From IMG/VR virus record IMGVR_UViG_3300045988_167643: a stretch of DNA of 64,000 nt; one strand, 5' to 3'. Position 1 is the stretch's first letter. Each line of letters starts with the position of its first letter. The notes beneath the pieces are model-generated. The model made no database searches. It was given only the letters and a program-made list of their open reading frames with translations, and was not told where the DNA came from. Made by a program: the position numbers and the translations under genes. This stretch comes from a virus. This document shows positions 16,132 to 25,110 of the stretch, piece after piece.

Positions 16132-16450
16132 ATTTCCAGATAAATGTGATCCAAATAAAATAATGATGGATACAATTATAAAAAGAAATAGTGTGTGTCC
16201 ATGCTGTGGAGAGAATAGACTTTGTACATTTAAAGACGAATTAAATGCAATAAAGGAAGGTAAAAAAGCATCTGGTGTCAGACAAATTTGTGGTGTTTCC
16301 CATAGAAGATTAGGATTTCAAAAGCCTTGGTATAAACATATTTTCCAAGGAGAGAAGTGGTGGAATTCATTAAGTTTTAAATGTGAAACTTGCGGAGCAG
16401 AATGGGAATCGGAAGAGTTTCCGGATATTGAATGTTGTATTGAGGAATAA
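16100..16450 (+). CDS. zinc-ribbon protein
   Basis: CPCCGE...CETCG motifs; start could be 16115/16118. Confidence 0.5.
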   Translation: MKRMIMMRITKFPDKCDPNKIMMDTIIKRNSVCPCCGENRLCTFKDELNAIKEGKKASGVRQICGVSHRRLGFQKPWYKHIFQGEKWWNSLSFKCETCGAEWESEEFPDIECCIEE

Positions 16451-16451
16451 G

Positions 16452-16814
16452 ATGGATAAGATTATATATTTTGAACTAAATAATTGGATTCCTGGAATAT
16501 TCTATCCAGACGATGAACCGTTTAGATTATGGATGAAAAATGATTTACAAATCAAATTTGATGATGAGACTTGGGTAAAGAAAAGCAGATTATGTGTAGT
16601 TAGAGAATTAATTGATATGTCTTCAAATTATTGTATTACTGCTACACGAGAATGGGTCGTGAATAATTGTCCAAAACTGCTTACTGATTATGCAGAGTTT
16701 ATTAGATATAAAGAAGATGATGGTAAGGTATATGGACGGTTTGGGACGGAATTTAAAGAATACAGAGAAGAAAATATTGGTATATGGGATTTGGAGGAAA
16801 ACTATGAGCGATAA
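16452..16814 (+). CDS. hypothetical protein
   Basis: ATG 16452 after TGAGGAATAAG; internal start of track ORF 16383-16814. Confidence 0.5.
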   Translation: MDKIIYFELNNWIPGIFYPDDEPFRLWMKNDLQIKFDDETWVKKSRLCVVRELIDMSSNYCITATREWVVNNCPKLLTDYAEFIRYKEDDGKVYGRFGTEFKEYREENIGIWDLEENYER

Positions 16815-17181
16815 AAATTTTTTGGTTGGAGATACTGTTTGGTTTTATATTAGAAAACACGATTTTATGTCTAAGGGAATTATAAAAGAAATATTTATTT
16901 TAGATGAAATTCCTTTTGCACTTATTAGAAATGGACATATGGAAACTAAAATGCCTATTTCTCAAATATTTCATGACGATCTTGAACTTATTGCTTGGAT
17001 TGAAAAAGAAGAGAAAGCAAATGTAAAACGCATAAAAGATAATATTCATGATGCGAAAGAGCTGGTTGAACTTATGTATTCTGTAATTGAAGACTGTGAA
17101 TTCATGCCAGTAGCAGATTTAAATGATAAGAAGATTGCTATTAAAGAAAGAGCAAAAGAAATTTTTGATGTAAAAATTTAA
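16804..17181 (+). CDS. hypothetical protein (KNFxVGDxVWF family)
   Basis: ATG 16804 after GGAGGAAAAC; N-terminus paralogous to the next gene. Confidence 0.5.
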   Translation: MSDKNFLVGDTVWFYIRKHDFMSKGIIKEIFILDEIPFALIRNGHMETKMPISQIFHDDLELIAWIEKEEKANVKRIKDNIHDAKELVELMYSVIEDCEFMPVADLNDKKIAIKERAKEIFDVKI

Positions 17182-17193
17182 AGGACATTGATT

Positions 17194-17406
17194 ATGGATA
17201 GTAAAAATTTTAAAGTTGGCGATAAAGTTTGGTTTTGGGAGCGATGGCCAGAAAGACCTGTATTTGGTACTATTGAAAAAATTTATATTACTGGATCAAA
17301 ATTATGGGCCGAGTTAAATTATGATAATGGAAGACCTGCTGGACGATTTTTTGATTATTTATTTGAAACGAAAGAAGATTTATTGGAGTTTAAAAAAAAA
17401 GAATAA
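17194..17406 (+). CDS. hypothetical protein (KNFxVGDxVWF family)
   Basis: 70 aa; MDSKNFKVGDKVWFW is similar to MSDKNFLVGDTVWFY of the upstream gene. Confidence 0.5.
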   Translation: MDSKNFKVGDKVWFWERWPERPVFGTIEKIYITGSKLWAELNYDNGRPAGRFFDYLFETKEDLLEFKKKE

Positions 17407-17437
17407 AAGAAAAATTTGATTGGAGTGATTTCAAAGA

Positions 17438-17767
17438 ATGAAGAAGAAAATTTTAGCTGCGATTGTGGCCGGATTAATTTGTGTTTCTGCAGTTGGTTGT
17501 GATGATGGTAATACAACATATCAAGAAGCTACAAATACATTTGAAGATGATAATGAACTAGCACACATTGAAGGACATATTGAAGGTGATCTTTGTAATG
17601 GTTATTTTTCAAGATTGACTAAATGGAAAGACGAAGGCGCAACTTATTATATTGTTTATGCTAATGATACAAAAGTAAAATATTTTATGTATTTCGGTAT
17701 TAAGAGATTCGGTATCACTCCGCTTTACAACGCAGACGGAACATTGCAAATTTATGATGGAGAATAA
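17438..17767 (+). CDS. lipoprotein
   Basis: Signal peptide with lipobox MKKKILAAIVAGLICVSAVGC. Confidence 0.65.
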   Translation: MKKKILAAIVAGLICVSAVGCDDGNTTYQEATNTFEDDNELAHIEGHIEGDLCNGYFSRLTKWKDEGATYYIVYANDTKVKYFMYFGIKRFGITPLYNADGTLQIYDGE

Positions 17768-17770
17768 ATT

Positions 17771-18094
17771 ATGGAACTAAAGAGAAGAAAAATACATGGT
17801 GAAGTGCGCAAAGCATGGACCTGTGAAATTACATGGTTCTTGGATCAAGTTGCTGGACTGGATGAACGTCTTCACTATATTGTAATAAACGACCTAATAT
17901 TGTTCGATGACGAAGACGAGGGTCCTGCAACATATTATATTAGAGTTCCTGGTGGAATAGTCGGAAGCATCTTTTTGGATGATGATCATAATATTAAAGA
18001 GATTTTTATTGATCCGAATGATGTGGTAGAAAGTTATCCGGCGAACATTAATAAGCAGGTGAAAAAATTTATTGGTGAAAGGATGATTGAATAA
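17771..18094 (+). CDS. hypothetical protein
   Basis: 107-aa ORF. Confidence 0.5.
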   Translation: MELKRRKIHGEVRKAWTCEITWFLDQVAGLDERLHYIVINDLILFDDEDEGPATYYIRVPGGIVGSIFLDDDHNIKEIFIDPNDVVESYPANINKQVKKFIGERMIE

Positions 18095-18676
18095 ATGGAA
18101 TTTAAACCAGGTAATATTGTAAAAATGATTGATACATATTGGCATGGATCGTTAAACGAATCAAGAGAAGATATTGGTAAGTTATTTGTAATAGAATATT
18201 CTTATGGAGAAAGATTCGGTAACGGAAAATGTTACGGAGGATATTCAATTCTTAGTATGGAAAACGGATCTAGTTCTTCGTGGTGGGATGATAGTCAATT
18301 AGAGTTTGTAGAAGATGGAAGTGTCAATCTTATATACGAATTAAAAAGGAAATATGAAGAGATTACTAACCAAACAAAAGACATTAAATGGATAAAAGAA
18401 CATTTTTCAGAAAGTTTACCTACAAATTCTATATTGACATTATTTCATAAAATTGGATACGAGTCAGCATTTGAACGGAATGGCGAATTCTGTTGTTTAA
18501 CCCTGGATTGGTTATCTTTTTATTCTGTATTTTTTTTATTATTTAACAAAGAATTTGATTTAATGATAAAAATTCTTAAAACTGGAACAAATGAGAAATA
18601 TATAGATAAATATTTAAGAAATTTTACTGCCTTATATAATGAAATTCATGGCACAGATAAAAAGGTTGATGAGTAA
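18095..18676 (+). CDS. hypothetical protein
   Basis: 193-aa ORF abutting neighbours. Confidence 0.55.
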   Translation: MEFKPGNIVKMIDTYWHGSLNESREDIGKLFVIEYSYGERFGNGKCYGGYSILSMENGSSSSWWDDSQLEFVEDGSVNLIYELKRKYEEITNQTKDIKWIKEHFSESLPTNSILTLFHKIGYESAFERNGEFCCLTLDWLSFYSVFFLLFNKEFDLMIKILKTGTNEKYIDKYLRNFTALYNEIHGTDKKVDE

Positions 18677-18908
18677 ATGGAGCTGTTAAAATGTCCCTTT
18701 TGTGGGAGCGATAAACTAAAAGTTGGACACAAAACAAAATTCAAAGATCCATGGAAGAAAATTGTAAGGATGATTTTTTATGTAATGTGTAATAGATGCC
18801 ACAAAAGGAAGTACGATTACAAAAGATATTTCGTATAGTGATGAGACTATAGAAATTTCCAAAGCAAAGAATGAAGCTATTGAAAAATGGAATATGAGGG
18901 CAGAATAA
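18677..18908 (+). pseudogene. Lar-like zinc-ribbon (restriction alleviation-like) gene interrupted by a 1-nt frameshift
   Basis: Frame 1 (18677-18838) encodes MELLKCPFCGSDKL...CNRCH. A second frame continues GSTITKD...KNEAIEKWNMRAE to 18908. Total length is 232 nt (3n+1), and the shift sits at an A4 run (18803-18806). Confidence 0.45.
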
Positions 18909-18931
18909 AAACGATATTTTAAGGAGATCTT

Positions 18932-19141
18932 ATGAAAGAAATTAGAAGTTTTTTATGTGATAAGAGACCGGATTTGTTTGACTATATTGCATCCAGGGAT
19001 ATTGCACAAAAAGACAATTGTGTTATATGTCTTCAATGGATTGTCCCATATTCTGGTACATATAGTGAAGTGATTTATGGTAATGAAAGTGATGAAGACT
19101 TAGAAGCAATGGACAAGAAACACTATGTATATCCAGTGTAA
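18932..19141 (+). CDS. hypothetical protein
   Basis: 69 aa; AAGGAG RBS. Confidence 0.5.
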   Translation: MKEIRSFLCDKRPDLFDYIASRDIAQKDNCVICLQWIVPYSGTYSEVIYGNESDEDLEAMDKKHYVYPV

Positions 19142-19157
19142 GAAGGGAGAAAATAAT

Positions 19158-19460
19158 ATGCCAGTAAGCAGTGATAAATATTATAAACCTGAAGAAGCTC
19201 TACAGGATCTACAGGTACAGGAAACGATTTTAAATGTGGCAATAGACGTACAGGTGTTACTTAGAATTTTAGTTGATAAAGAAATTATCACTAGAGATGA
19301 AGTAGCAGAATATAGAGAAGAAGTTAGAAATTCACCCAAGTACAAAGTGGTAGCAGATGATATTCAAAGACAAAAAACTGGGTTTCAGGCTGCTAAAGAT
19401 AATCCACAGGAATATCTGAAAGCAATACTTAAAGCTAAAATGGATGGAAAAATTAATTAA
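19158..19460 (+). CDS. hypothetical protein
   Basis: ATG 19158 after AGAAGGGAGAA; internal start of track ORF 19125-19460. Confidence 0.5.
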   Translation: MPVSSDKYYKPEEALQDLQVQETILNVAIDVQVLLRILVDKEIITRDEVAEYREEVRNSPKYKVVADDIQRQKTGFQAAKDNPQEYLKAILKAKMDGKIN

Positions 19461-19522
19461 GAAAGGATAAGTTCGAGTCCCATGGGTTAAAATGCGCGCA
19501 GCTCTTACGATGGTAAGATAGG

Positions 19523-21721
19523 ATGAGAACTTTATTATTATTTCGTGGTGCACCAGGAGTTGGTAAGAGCACTTATATTGAGAAAAATGGTTTAAAGCCA
19601 TATACATTATGTGCAGATGATATTCGTTTACTTTGTCAGAGTCCGGTATTATCTGTAAATGGTAGTACAGAAATTACACAGAATAATGATGGCACTGTTT
19701 GGAAAACGTTATTTACTCTACTAGAGGTTAGAATGCAGCGTGGAGAATTTACAGTTATAGATGCAACTAATTCCAAGACTTCTGAAATGAACAAATATAA
19801 GAAATTATGTCAGGAATATAGGTACAGAATTTTTCTTGTTGATTTTACAGATGTTTCAATCGAGGAATGTAAGAAAAGAAATAGTCTTCGTGCCGCAATG
19901 AAACAGGTTCCTGAAGCTGTTATTGATAAGATGTACAGTAGATTTAAAACACAGGGGATTCCATCCGGTATTACAGTAATTAAGCCGGAAGAACTTGATA
20001 AAGTGTTTATGAAAAAAATTGATTTGTCCGAATATAAAGCGATTCATCACGTAGGAGATATACATGGTTGTAATACAGCTTTACAGAAATATTTGAACGC
20101 AATTAGCGGAATCAAGGACGATCACTTCTTTATATTTTGCGGAGACTATATTGATAGAGGAATTGAAAATGCGGAAGTGGTTCAGTTTCTCTTAAGCATT
20201 AAGGACAAACCAAACGTACTTTTGCTTGAGGGCAATCACGAAATTCATCTAAGAAAATATAGTGAAGATAAGAAGTCATTCTCAAAAGAATTTGAATTAT
20301 TTACAAAACCTGCATTAGATAAAGCCGGTTTTAGTAAGAAAGATCTGCGGCAGCTGTGTAGAAAATTTGCTCAGTGTGCCTATTATACATATCATGGAAA
20401 TACATATCTTGTTACTCACGGTGGTCTGAATACAATCCCACAAAATCTTACTTTTGTTGCAACCGATCAAATGATTCATGGAGTTGGTAGATATAATGAT
20501 GTAGAGCAAGTTGCTGATACATTTTTCACCACTACCGATGATCATACTTATCAGATTTTTGGTCATAGAAATACTAAAGGATTTGACATTAATGTTAATC
20601 CAAGAGTATACGATCTTGAAGGACAGGTTGAGTTTGGTGGCTGTCTGAGATGTATTGATATCGTTCCTGGTGGAAGTATAACCTATGAGGTTAAGAACAA
20701 TGTATTCAGAGAGCCAGAAAAATCAGCAAGAACTATGAGTAATAATGTATCTGATGCACTTATTGAACTGAGACATAATAAATATGTCACTGAAAAACAA
20801 TTTGGAAATATTTCTTCTTTCAACTTTAGTCCAACAGCTTTTCAAAAAAATATATGGGACGAGCAGACAACTAAGGCAAGAGGTTTGTTCTTAGATACTG
20901 AAAAATTTAAAGTTGTGGCAAGGTCCTACGACAAATTTTTCAATATAAATCAGCGTGAAGAAACTAAACTTGATGCTCTGCAGCGTACATTAGAGTTTCC
21001 AGTAGCTGCCTATGTTAAAGAAAATGGATTTCTTGGAATTGTTTCCTGGAATGAGTATACAGATGATTTGTTTATTACAAGTAAATCTGATCCTGAAGGA
21101 CCATTTTCCGAATGGCTAAGAGATATGGTTTATACGAAAATTTCTAAAGAGAATCTTGAGAAGATGAAGAAGTATATTGAAGAGAACGATGTTTCTTTTG
21201 TATTTGAGTGCTGCGACATGGAGCATGATCCACATATTATTGATTATCCAGAAAGTAAGTTGGTTTTGCTTGATATTGTATACAATACTTTGGATTTCCA
21301 GAAATATAACTATGAGGATATGGCTCATGTTGGTCGTGATCTTGGGCTAACAATCAAGAAACAGGCTTATGAGTTATCTACATGGCAGGAATTTTATGAT
21401 TGGTATTTTGAAGTTTTAGAAGAAGATTATGAATACAGAGGTGATAAGATCGAAGGATTTGTAATCGAAGATGCTAATGGATATATGGTTAAGCTGAAAC
21501 TTACATATTATAACTTCTGGAAGTTTATGCGTGGTATTGCTCATGAGACTTTAAAGAAAGGTTGTACAAACAGGACATCATTGTTGACTACGCCGGTAGC
21601 GAATGAATTTTACGCTTGGTGCAAGAAACAGTTTGAAAATGGTAAAGCTGATGAGCTGCCAAGAGATATTGTTACTTTAAGAAAAATGTTTTATGAGGAG
21701 AAAGAGAATAATGTGGATTAG
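19523..21721 (+). CDS. trifunctional RNA repair enzyme: polynucleotide kinase / metallophosphatase / RNA ligase-like (bacterial Pnkp architecture)
   Basis: P-loop LFRGAPGVGKST. Calcineurin-type blocks HHVGDIHGC, GDYIDRG, EGNHE, THGG and GHRN. Ligase motif I VKENGFLG (KxNG) and motifs IV/V EGFVIED...VKLK. Confidence 0.7.
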   Translation: MRTLLLFRGAPGVGKSTYIEKNGLKPYTLCADDIRLLCQSPVLSVNGSTEITQNNDGTVWKTLFTLLEVRMQRGEFTVIDATNSKTSEMNKYKKLCQEYRYRIFLVDFTDVSIEECKKRNSLRAAMKQVPEAVIDKMYSRFKTQGIPSGITVIKPEELDKVFMKKIDLSEYKAIHHVGDIHGCNTALQKYLNAISGIKDDHFFIFCGDYIDRGIENAEVVQFLLSIKDKPNVLLLEGNHEIHLRKYSEDKKSFSKEFELFTKPALDKAGFSKKDLRQLCRKFAQCAYYTYHGNTYLVTHGGLNTIPQNLTFVATDQMIHGVGRYNDVEQVADTFFTTTDDHTYQIFGHRNTKGFDINVNPRVYDLEGQVEFGGCLRCIDIVPGGSITYEVKNNVFREPEKSARTMSNNVSDALIELRHNKYVTEKQFGNISSFNFSPTAFQKNIWDEQTTKARGLFLDTEKFKVVARSYDKFFNINQREETKLDALQRTLEFPVAAYVKENGFLGIVSWNEYTDDLFITSKSDPEGPFSEWLRDMVYTKISKENLEKMKKYIEENDVSFVFECCDMEHDPHIIDYPESKLVLLDIVYNTLDFQKYNYEDMAHVGRDLGLTIKKQAYELSTWQEFYDWYFEVLEEDYEYRGDKIEGFVIEDANGYMVKLKLTYYNFWKFMRGIAHETLKKGCTNRTSLLTTPVANEFYAWCKKQFENGKADELPRDIVTLRKMFYEEKENNVD

Positions 21722-22145
21722 TAAGAAGAAATATGAAGAATTAATAAAAAGAATTAATACTATCGAGGAAAAAACTTCTAAGTTTACTCCTTATGGTCCA
21801 AAATGGTTCGACCACTGTCGTGATGATATAAATAATATTCAACGAGTTATGAAAAATAGTAAACTTGGAGAAATCGCATTCAAATCAATCTTCGATAAAA
21901 CATTGTTTATACCGTATGAAGAATACGATAAATCTAAAAGCTATACACTAATTTATAAAGATTTTAAAGAATATAAAATTGATGGACTATATTTATATAA
22001 GCCTATTTTTACAGTAGACGAAAATAATAATAATTTGATTTATGTAAAAGATAAATGCTATGTATATGATGGCGAGGTTAAAAAAGAAGCAAATATTGAA
22101 TTTATTGTAGACCTACAAAATCAGACTTTTATCAGAACAAAATAA
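21711..22145 (+). CDS. hypothetical protein
   Basis: ATG 21711 overlaps the end of the upstream gene. Confidence 0.5.
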   Translation: MWISKKKYEELIKRINTIEEKTSKFTPYGPKWFDHCRDDINNIQRVMKNSKLGEIAFKSIFDKTLFIPYEEYDKSKSYTLIYKDFKEYKIDGLYLYKPIFTVDENNNNLIYVKDKCYVYDGEVKKEANIEFIVDLQNQTFIRTK

Positions 22146-22204
22146 TAGATAAATGAAGAAGTAAATTGTGTGGTATGATGCCGCAGCTGGCGAAATCACC
22201 TATA

Positions 22205-22288
22205 TTATAGTAGTTTGGCGATAATACCAAATACTATACCTATAAAACTGAAGACTAAGCTCCAGCTGTTAAATAATTCCTTTAACAT
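22205..22288 (-). CDS. 27-aa hydrophobic peptide, type I toxin-like
   Basis: Minus-strand MLKELFNSWSLVFSFIGIVFGIIAKLL with GAAAGGAG 6 nt upstream of the ATG; sits in a 337-nt ORF-free island between + strand genes. Confidence 0.45.
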   Translation of the reverse strand: MLKELFNSWSLVFSFIGIVFGIIAKLL

Positions 22289-22482
22289 AGGCGACTCCTT
22301 TCAAACATAGCAAATTAACAAGTTACTAGCTAATATTTTACGCAGGAGCTGATCCGCCTTAACATCTAGCGGTTCCAATAGGTGATTTTAGATTTTGCCA
22401 GTCCCTTGGGTATGTATTGGATACCCAAACACCTTAGCAGGTATTGTACCACATATTTACCATATATTTCAAGGAGAAACTA

Positions 22483-23040
22483 ATGTCAAAGGATAGTACG
22501 TTTTCAAATACTAATAAAAAAATTTTCTTTTTAGGAGATGATATAGACAACGATTCTATAGGAAAACTAACTTGGAATCTTTTACATCAGATACTAGATG
22601 ATGATGAGAAAGATAAAAAGGAAAAGGATTATAAAAGAGACCCTATTAAACTTTATATAAATTCTTATGGCGGAAGTGTATATGATATGTGGGGCTTAAT
22701 TGATGTTATCCAAAATAGTAAAACACCAATTTATACATATTGTACCGGTTATGCTATGAGTGCGGCGTTTCAAATATTTCTTACTGGACATAAAAGATAT
22801 TGTTATAAACATTCCACATTTATGTACCATCAGCTAAGTCATGCTTTTGAAGGAAAATTTCAGGACCTTGTTGAAGATATGGAAGAGGTTAGTAGACAAA
22901 ATAAGATGATTGAAGATTATGTTTTAAGCAAAACAAAATTAACAAAAGATGATCTTAGGAACATTAAAGAAAAGAAAATTGATTTCTTTATTTCATCAGA
23001 TAAGGCAATTGAATATGAAATTGTAGACGAAATTTTATAA
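22483..23040 (+). CDS. clpP: ClpP-family serine protease
   Basis: INSYGGSVYDMWGLIDVI, CTGYAMSAAFQIFLTG (Ser), FMYHQ (His) and C-terminal IDFFISSDKAIEYEIVDEI blocks. Confidence 0.7.
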   Translation: MSKDSTFSNTNKKIFFLGDDIDNDSIGKLTWNLLHQILDDDEKDKKEKDYKRDPIKLYINSYGGSVYDMWGLIDVIQNSKTPIYTYCTGYAMSAAFQIFLTGHKRYCYKHSTFMYHQLSHAFEGKFQDLVEDMEEVSRQNKMIEDYVLSKTKLTKDDLRNIKEKKIDFFISSDKAIEYEIVDEIL

Positions 23041-23071
23041 CTGTAAAAACACTGTTTTACGGAGGAATAGT

Positions 23072-23293
23072 ATGAGTGAATTAGAAGAAGATAATACAGA
23101 CGAATATGATGTAGATGAAGACTACGATTATGATTTTGAAGAATATGATGAATATCAAGACGATTTAGATTATTGCGAAGAGTGTTGCATTTATGGAGAT
23201 GATTATTATATTGACGATGATGGCGAACATGTTTGCCGATGTCCTAAATGCAACATGAATCCTGACAGATTGGATGATGATTATATTGACTAA
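23072..23293 (+). CDS. hyper-acidic zinc-ribbon protein (possible DNA mimic)
   Basis: 73 aa, roughly half Asp/Glu plus many Tyr; CEECC...CRCPKC. Confidence 0.5.
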   Translation: MSELEEDNTDEYDVDEDYDYDFEEYDEYQDDLDYCEECCIYGDDYYIDDDGEHVCRCPKCNMNPDRLDDDYID

Positions 23294-23366
23294 TAAGTAT
23301 TTTCAATATCTTCGTCCAGGAGATAATTTATTGTATTGTCCTATTAAAAGTGAAGAGGTGGAAAAT

Positions 23367-23912
23367 ATGATTGATTTAAAAGAGAAGAATGTATTGTGTA
23401 CAACAAAAGATGAGGCTGCTGCTATTTTAAAAGAGGCAGAAAAACAAGGATTTAGATGGTACGATGGGAATTTAGCGACTGCATACAATCCATTAATTGA
23501 ACATGATGGACCTATTGTATTAACTTTTAAATATAATTGCATTAATTGGATTGGCGCAAGTGCTACAGATACTGCTAGAGATTTATTAGATACGGATCGA
23601 GAAATGACTGCCCATGAATTTCTTAACAAATTTTTAGATATGGCATATCATTGTTCTAACTGTGAAGAATGTAAAACTATTAAAGTGGATGGATGTGATT
23701 ACAGATGGTGTGATAGTGATTTATGGACCAAAGATAATATTGATCAGGTTTATGAAATTGTAAAAACAGGGAATAAATTAAAAGAAAAACCTGAGCAAAA
23801 AGCTATAAACAATATAACCAATTACTTAGATGGTAAAGAGCAATTGAATATTAATGCACTGAAATTAGCAATTAAAGTATTAGAGGAAAAAGTAAATGAA
23901 AAACAGAACTAA
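23367..23912 (+). CDS. hypothetical protein
   Basis: ATG 23367 after GAGGTGGAAAAT; internal start of track ORF 23274-23912. Confidence 0.5.
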   Translation: MIDLKEKNVLCTTKDEAAAILKEAEKQGFRWYDGNLATAYNPLIEHDGPIVLTFKYNCINWIGASATDTARDLLDTDREMTAHEFLNKFLDMAYHCSNCEECKTIKVDGCDYRWCDSDLWTKDNIDQVYEIVKTGNKLKEKPEQKAINNITNYLDGKEQLNINALKLAIKVLEEKVNEKQN

Positions 23913-24024
23913 ATTAAATTTTATACTTGCAACTGTCACTTATGTATGTACAGTGTTAGCCTATGTAATTGAAAAAAGAAGAACTCGTGAGTTCGAAGAG
24001 TGGGATTACGAAGATGAAGAATAA
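23896..24024 (+). CDS. small TM protein (42 aa)
   Basis: Below track cutoff; LNFILATVTYVCTVLAYVI TM; overlaps neighbours at both ends. Confidence 0.35.
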   Translation: MKNRTKLNFILATVTYVCTVLAYVIEKRRTREFEEWDYEDEE

Positions 24025-24181
24025 AGATGCTGCAGTTATATTGTTATCATTTTTATTTATGATATTGTTTACATTCCTACCTATATTTGTAAAAGCCCCT
24101 GGGCTTCAATGGGATTTTGGACTTCTGACAGGTTTGAGTTTTAGTATATTTGTTAAATACGGAGATAAGATAGATGAATAA
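24014..24181 (+). CDS. small membrane protein (55 aa)
   Basis: ATG 24014 within track ORF 23969-24181; AAVILLSFLFMILFTFLPIFV TM. Confidence 0.4.
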   Translation: MKNKDAAVILLSFLFMILFTFLPIFVKAPGLQWDFGLLTGLSFSIFVKYGDKIDE

Positions 24182-24449
24182 ACGACAGAAGAAAAAAGTT
24201 GAGGACAAATTATTAATTAGGCTTAGAAAATTACATCCTGGTAAAGGTGATTTTATTTTTGTTGAGTTTGATCCTGATAAAATCGATATCGATATAGTAT
24301 TAAAATATTTTGATGCAATATCGAACGCATTTAATAATATTGCAAACTTTGCTATGGTACCTGATGGAATTACTATAAAGAACATGAACAGAGATCGTAT
24401 ATTAAAATATATTGAAAAATTAAAGGAGTTAATTGAAAATGAGCGATAA
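24174..24449 (+). CDS. hypothetical protein
   Basis: 91-aa ORF. Confidence 0.5.
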   Translation: MNKRQKKKVEDKLLIRLRKLHPGKGDFIFVEFDPDKIDIDIVLKYFDAISNAFNNIANFAMVPDGITIKNMNRDRILKYIEKLKELIENER

Positions 24450-24702
24450 AACGGTAGTAAAAGAAAAAAGTTGGAAAGAGTTCCAGGAAAGCGGAATGTT
24501 ATGGATGGCAAATACAATTTTACAGGTGTTTGGATGGTCTATTGCTATTGACCAGGATGCAGATGGAAATATTATTAGCGTGTGTCCTGCTAGAGTAAAA
24601 TATAGAGGATTTACACACGAGACCAATACCAAGGGGTACATTAAGACTGCCAATTACATGAAAGAGAATGCAGAAGAGATTCTGAAAGAGGCAATGCAGT
24701 AA
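24439..24702 (+). CDS. hypothetical protein
   Basis: ATG 24439 after AAAGGAG; track ORF opens at TTG 24433. Confidence 0.5.
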   Translation: MSDKTVVKEKSWKEFQESGMLWMANTILQVFGWSIAIDQDADGNIISVCPARVKYRGFTHETNTKGYIKTANYMKENAEEILKEAMQ

Positions 24703-24735
24703 TACATAAAATATGTTTTTTATTGGAGAGAATAA

Positions 24736-25110
24736 ATGAAAATTTTAACTAAAAAAGAATTGCTTGAGGCTCCATCCGGTACTGTTTATGTAAGATATAC
24801 ACCTGAAATAACAGATGGAGAAATTAAGATTAAAGTTGAAAATAATTGTAATTTAGATTTGATTCCAGGTTTTGATTGGGTTAATAAAACCAATAAAGAA
24901 ACTAATTGGGCAACTGATGATCTAAATATTCAAGTAGATTATGACGAAGGTGATTTATTTGCAGCGTTCAGTAAAGCCGAAGTTATGAAAATGATTAATT
25001 GTCTATCATGGGCATTAGCAGATTGTGAACCAGATTTCAATATGGATGAAGTATATTATCCAAGTGGAATTATTGGGTATGATCCGCACTGGACTCCAGA
25101 TGAGGAATGA
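24736..25110 (+). CDS. hypothetical protein
   Basis: 124-aa ORF. Confidence 0.55.
   Translation: MKILTKKELLEAPSGTVYVRYTPEITDGEIKIKVENNCNLDLIPGFDWVNKTNKETNWATDDLNIQVDYDEGDLFAAFSKAEVMKMINCLSWALADCEPDFNMDEVYYPSGIIGYDPHWTPDEE

Noticed and set aside
19466-19492. GTTCGAGTCCC T-loop-like string between 19460 and 19523
   Set aside because: There is no complementary T stem or acceptor stem around it. It is a chance similarity.
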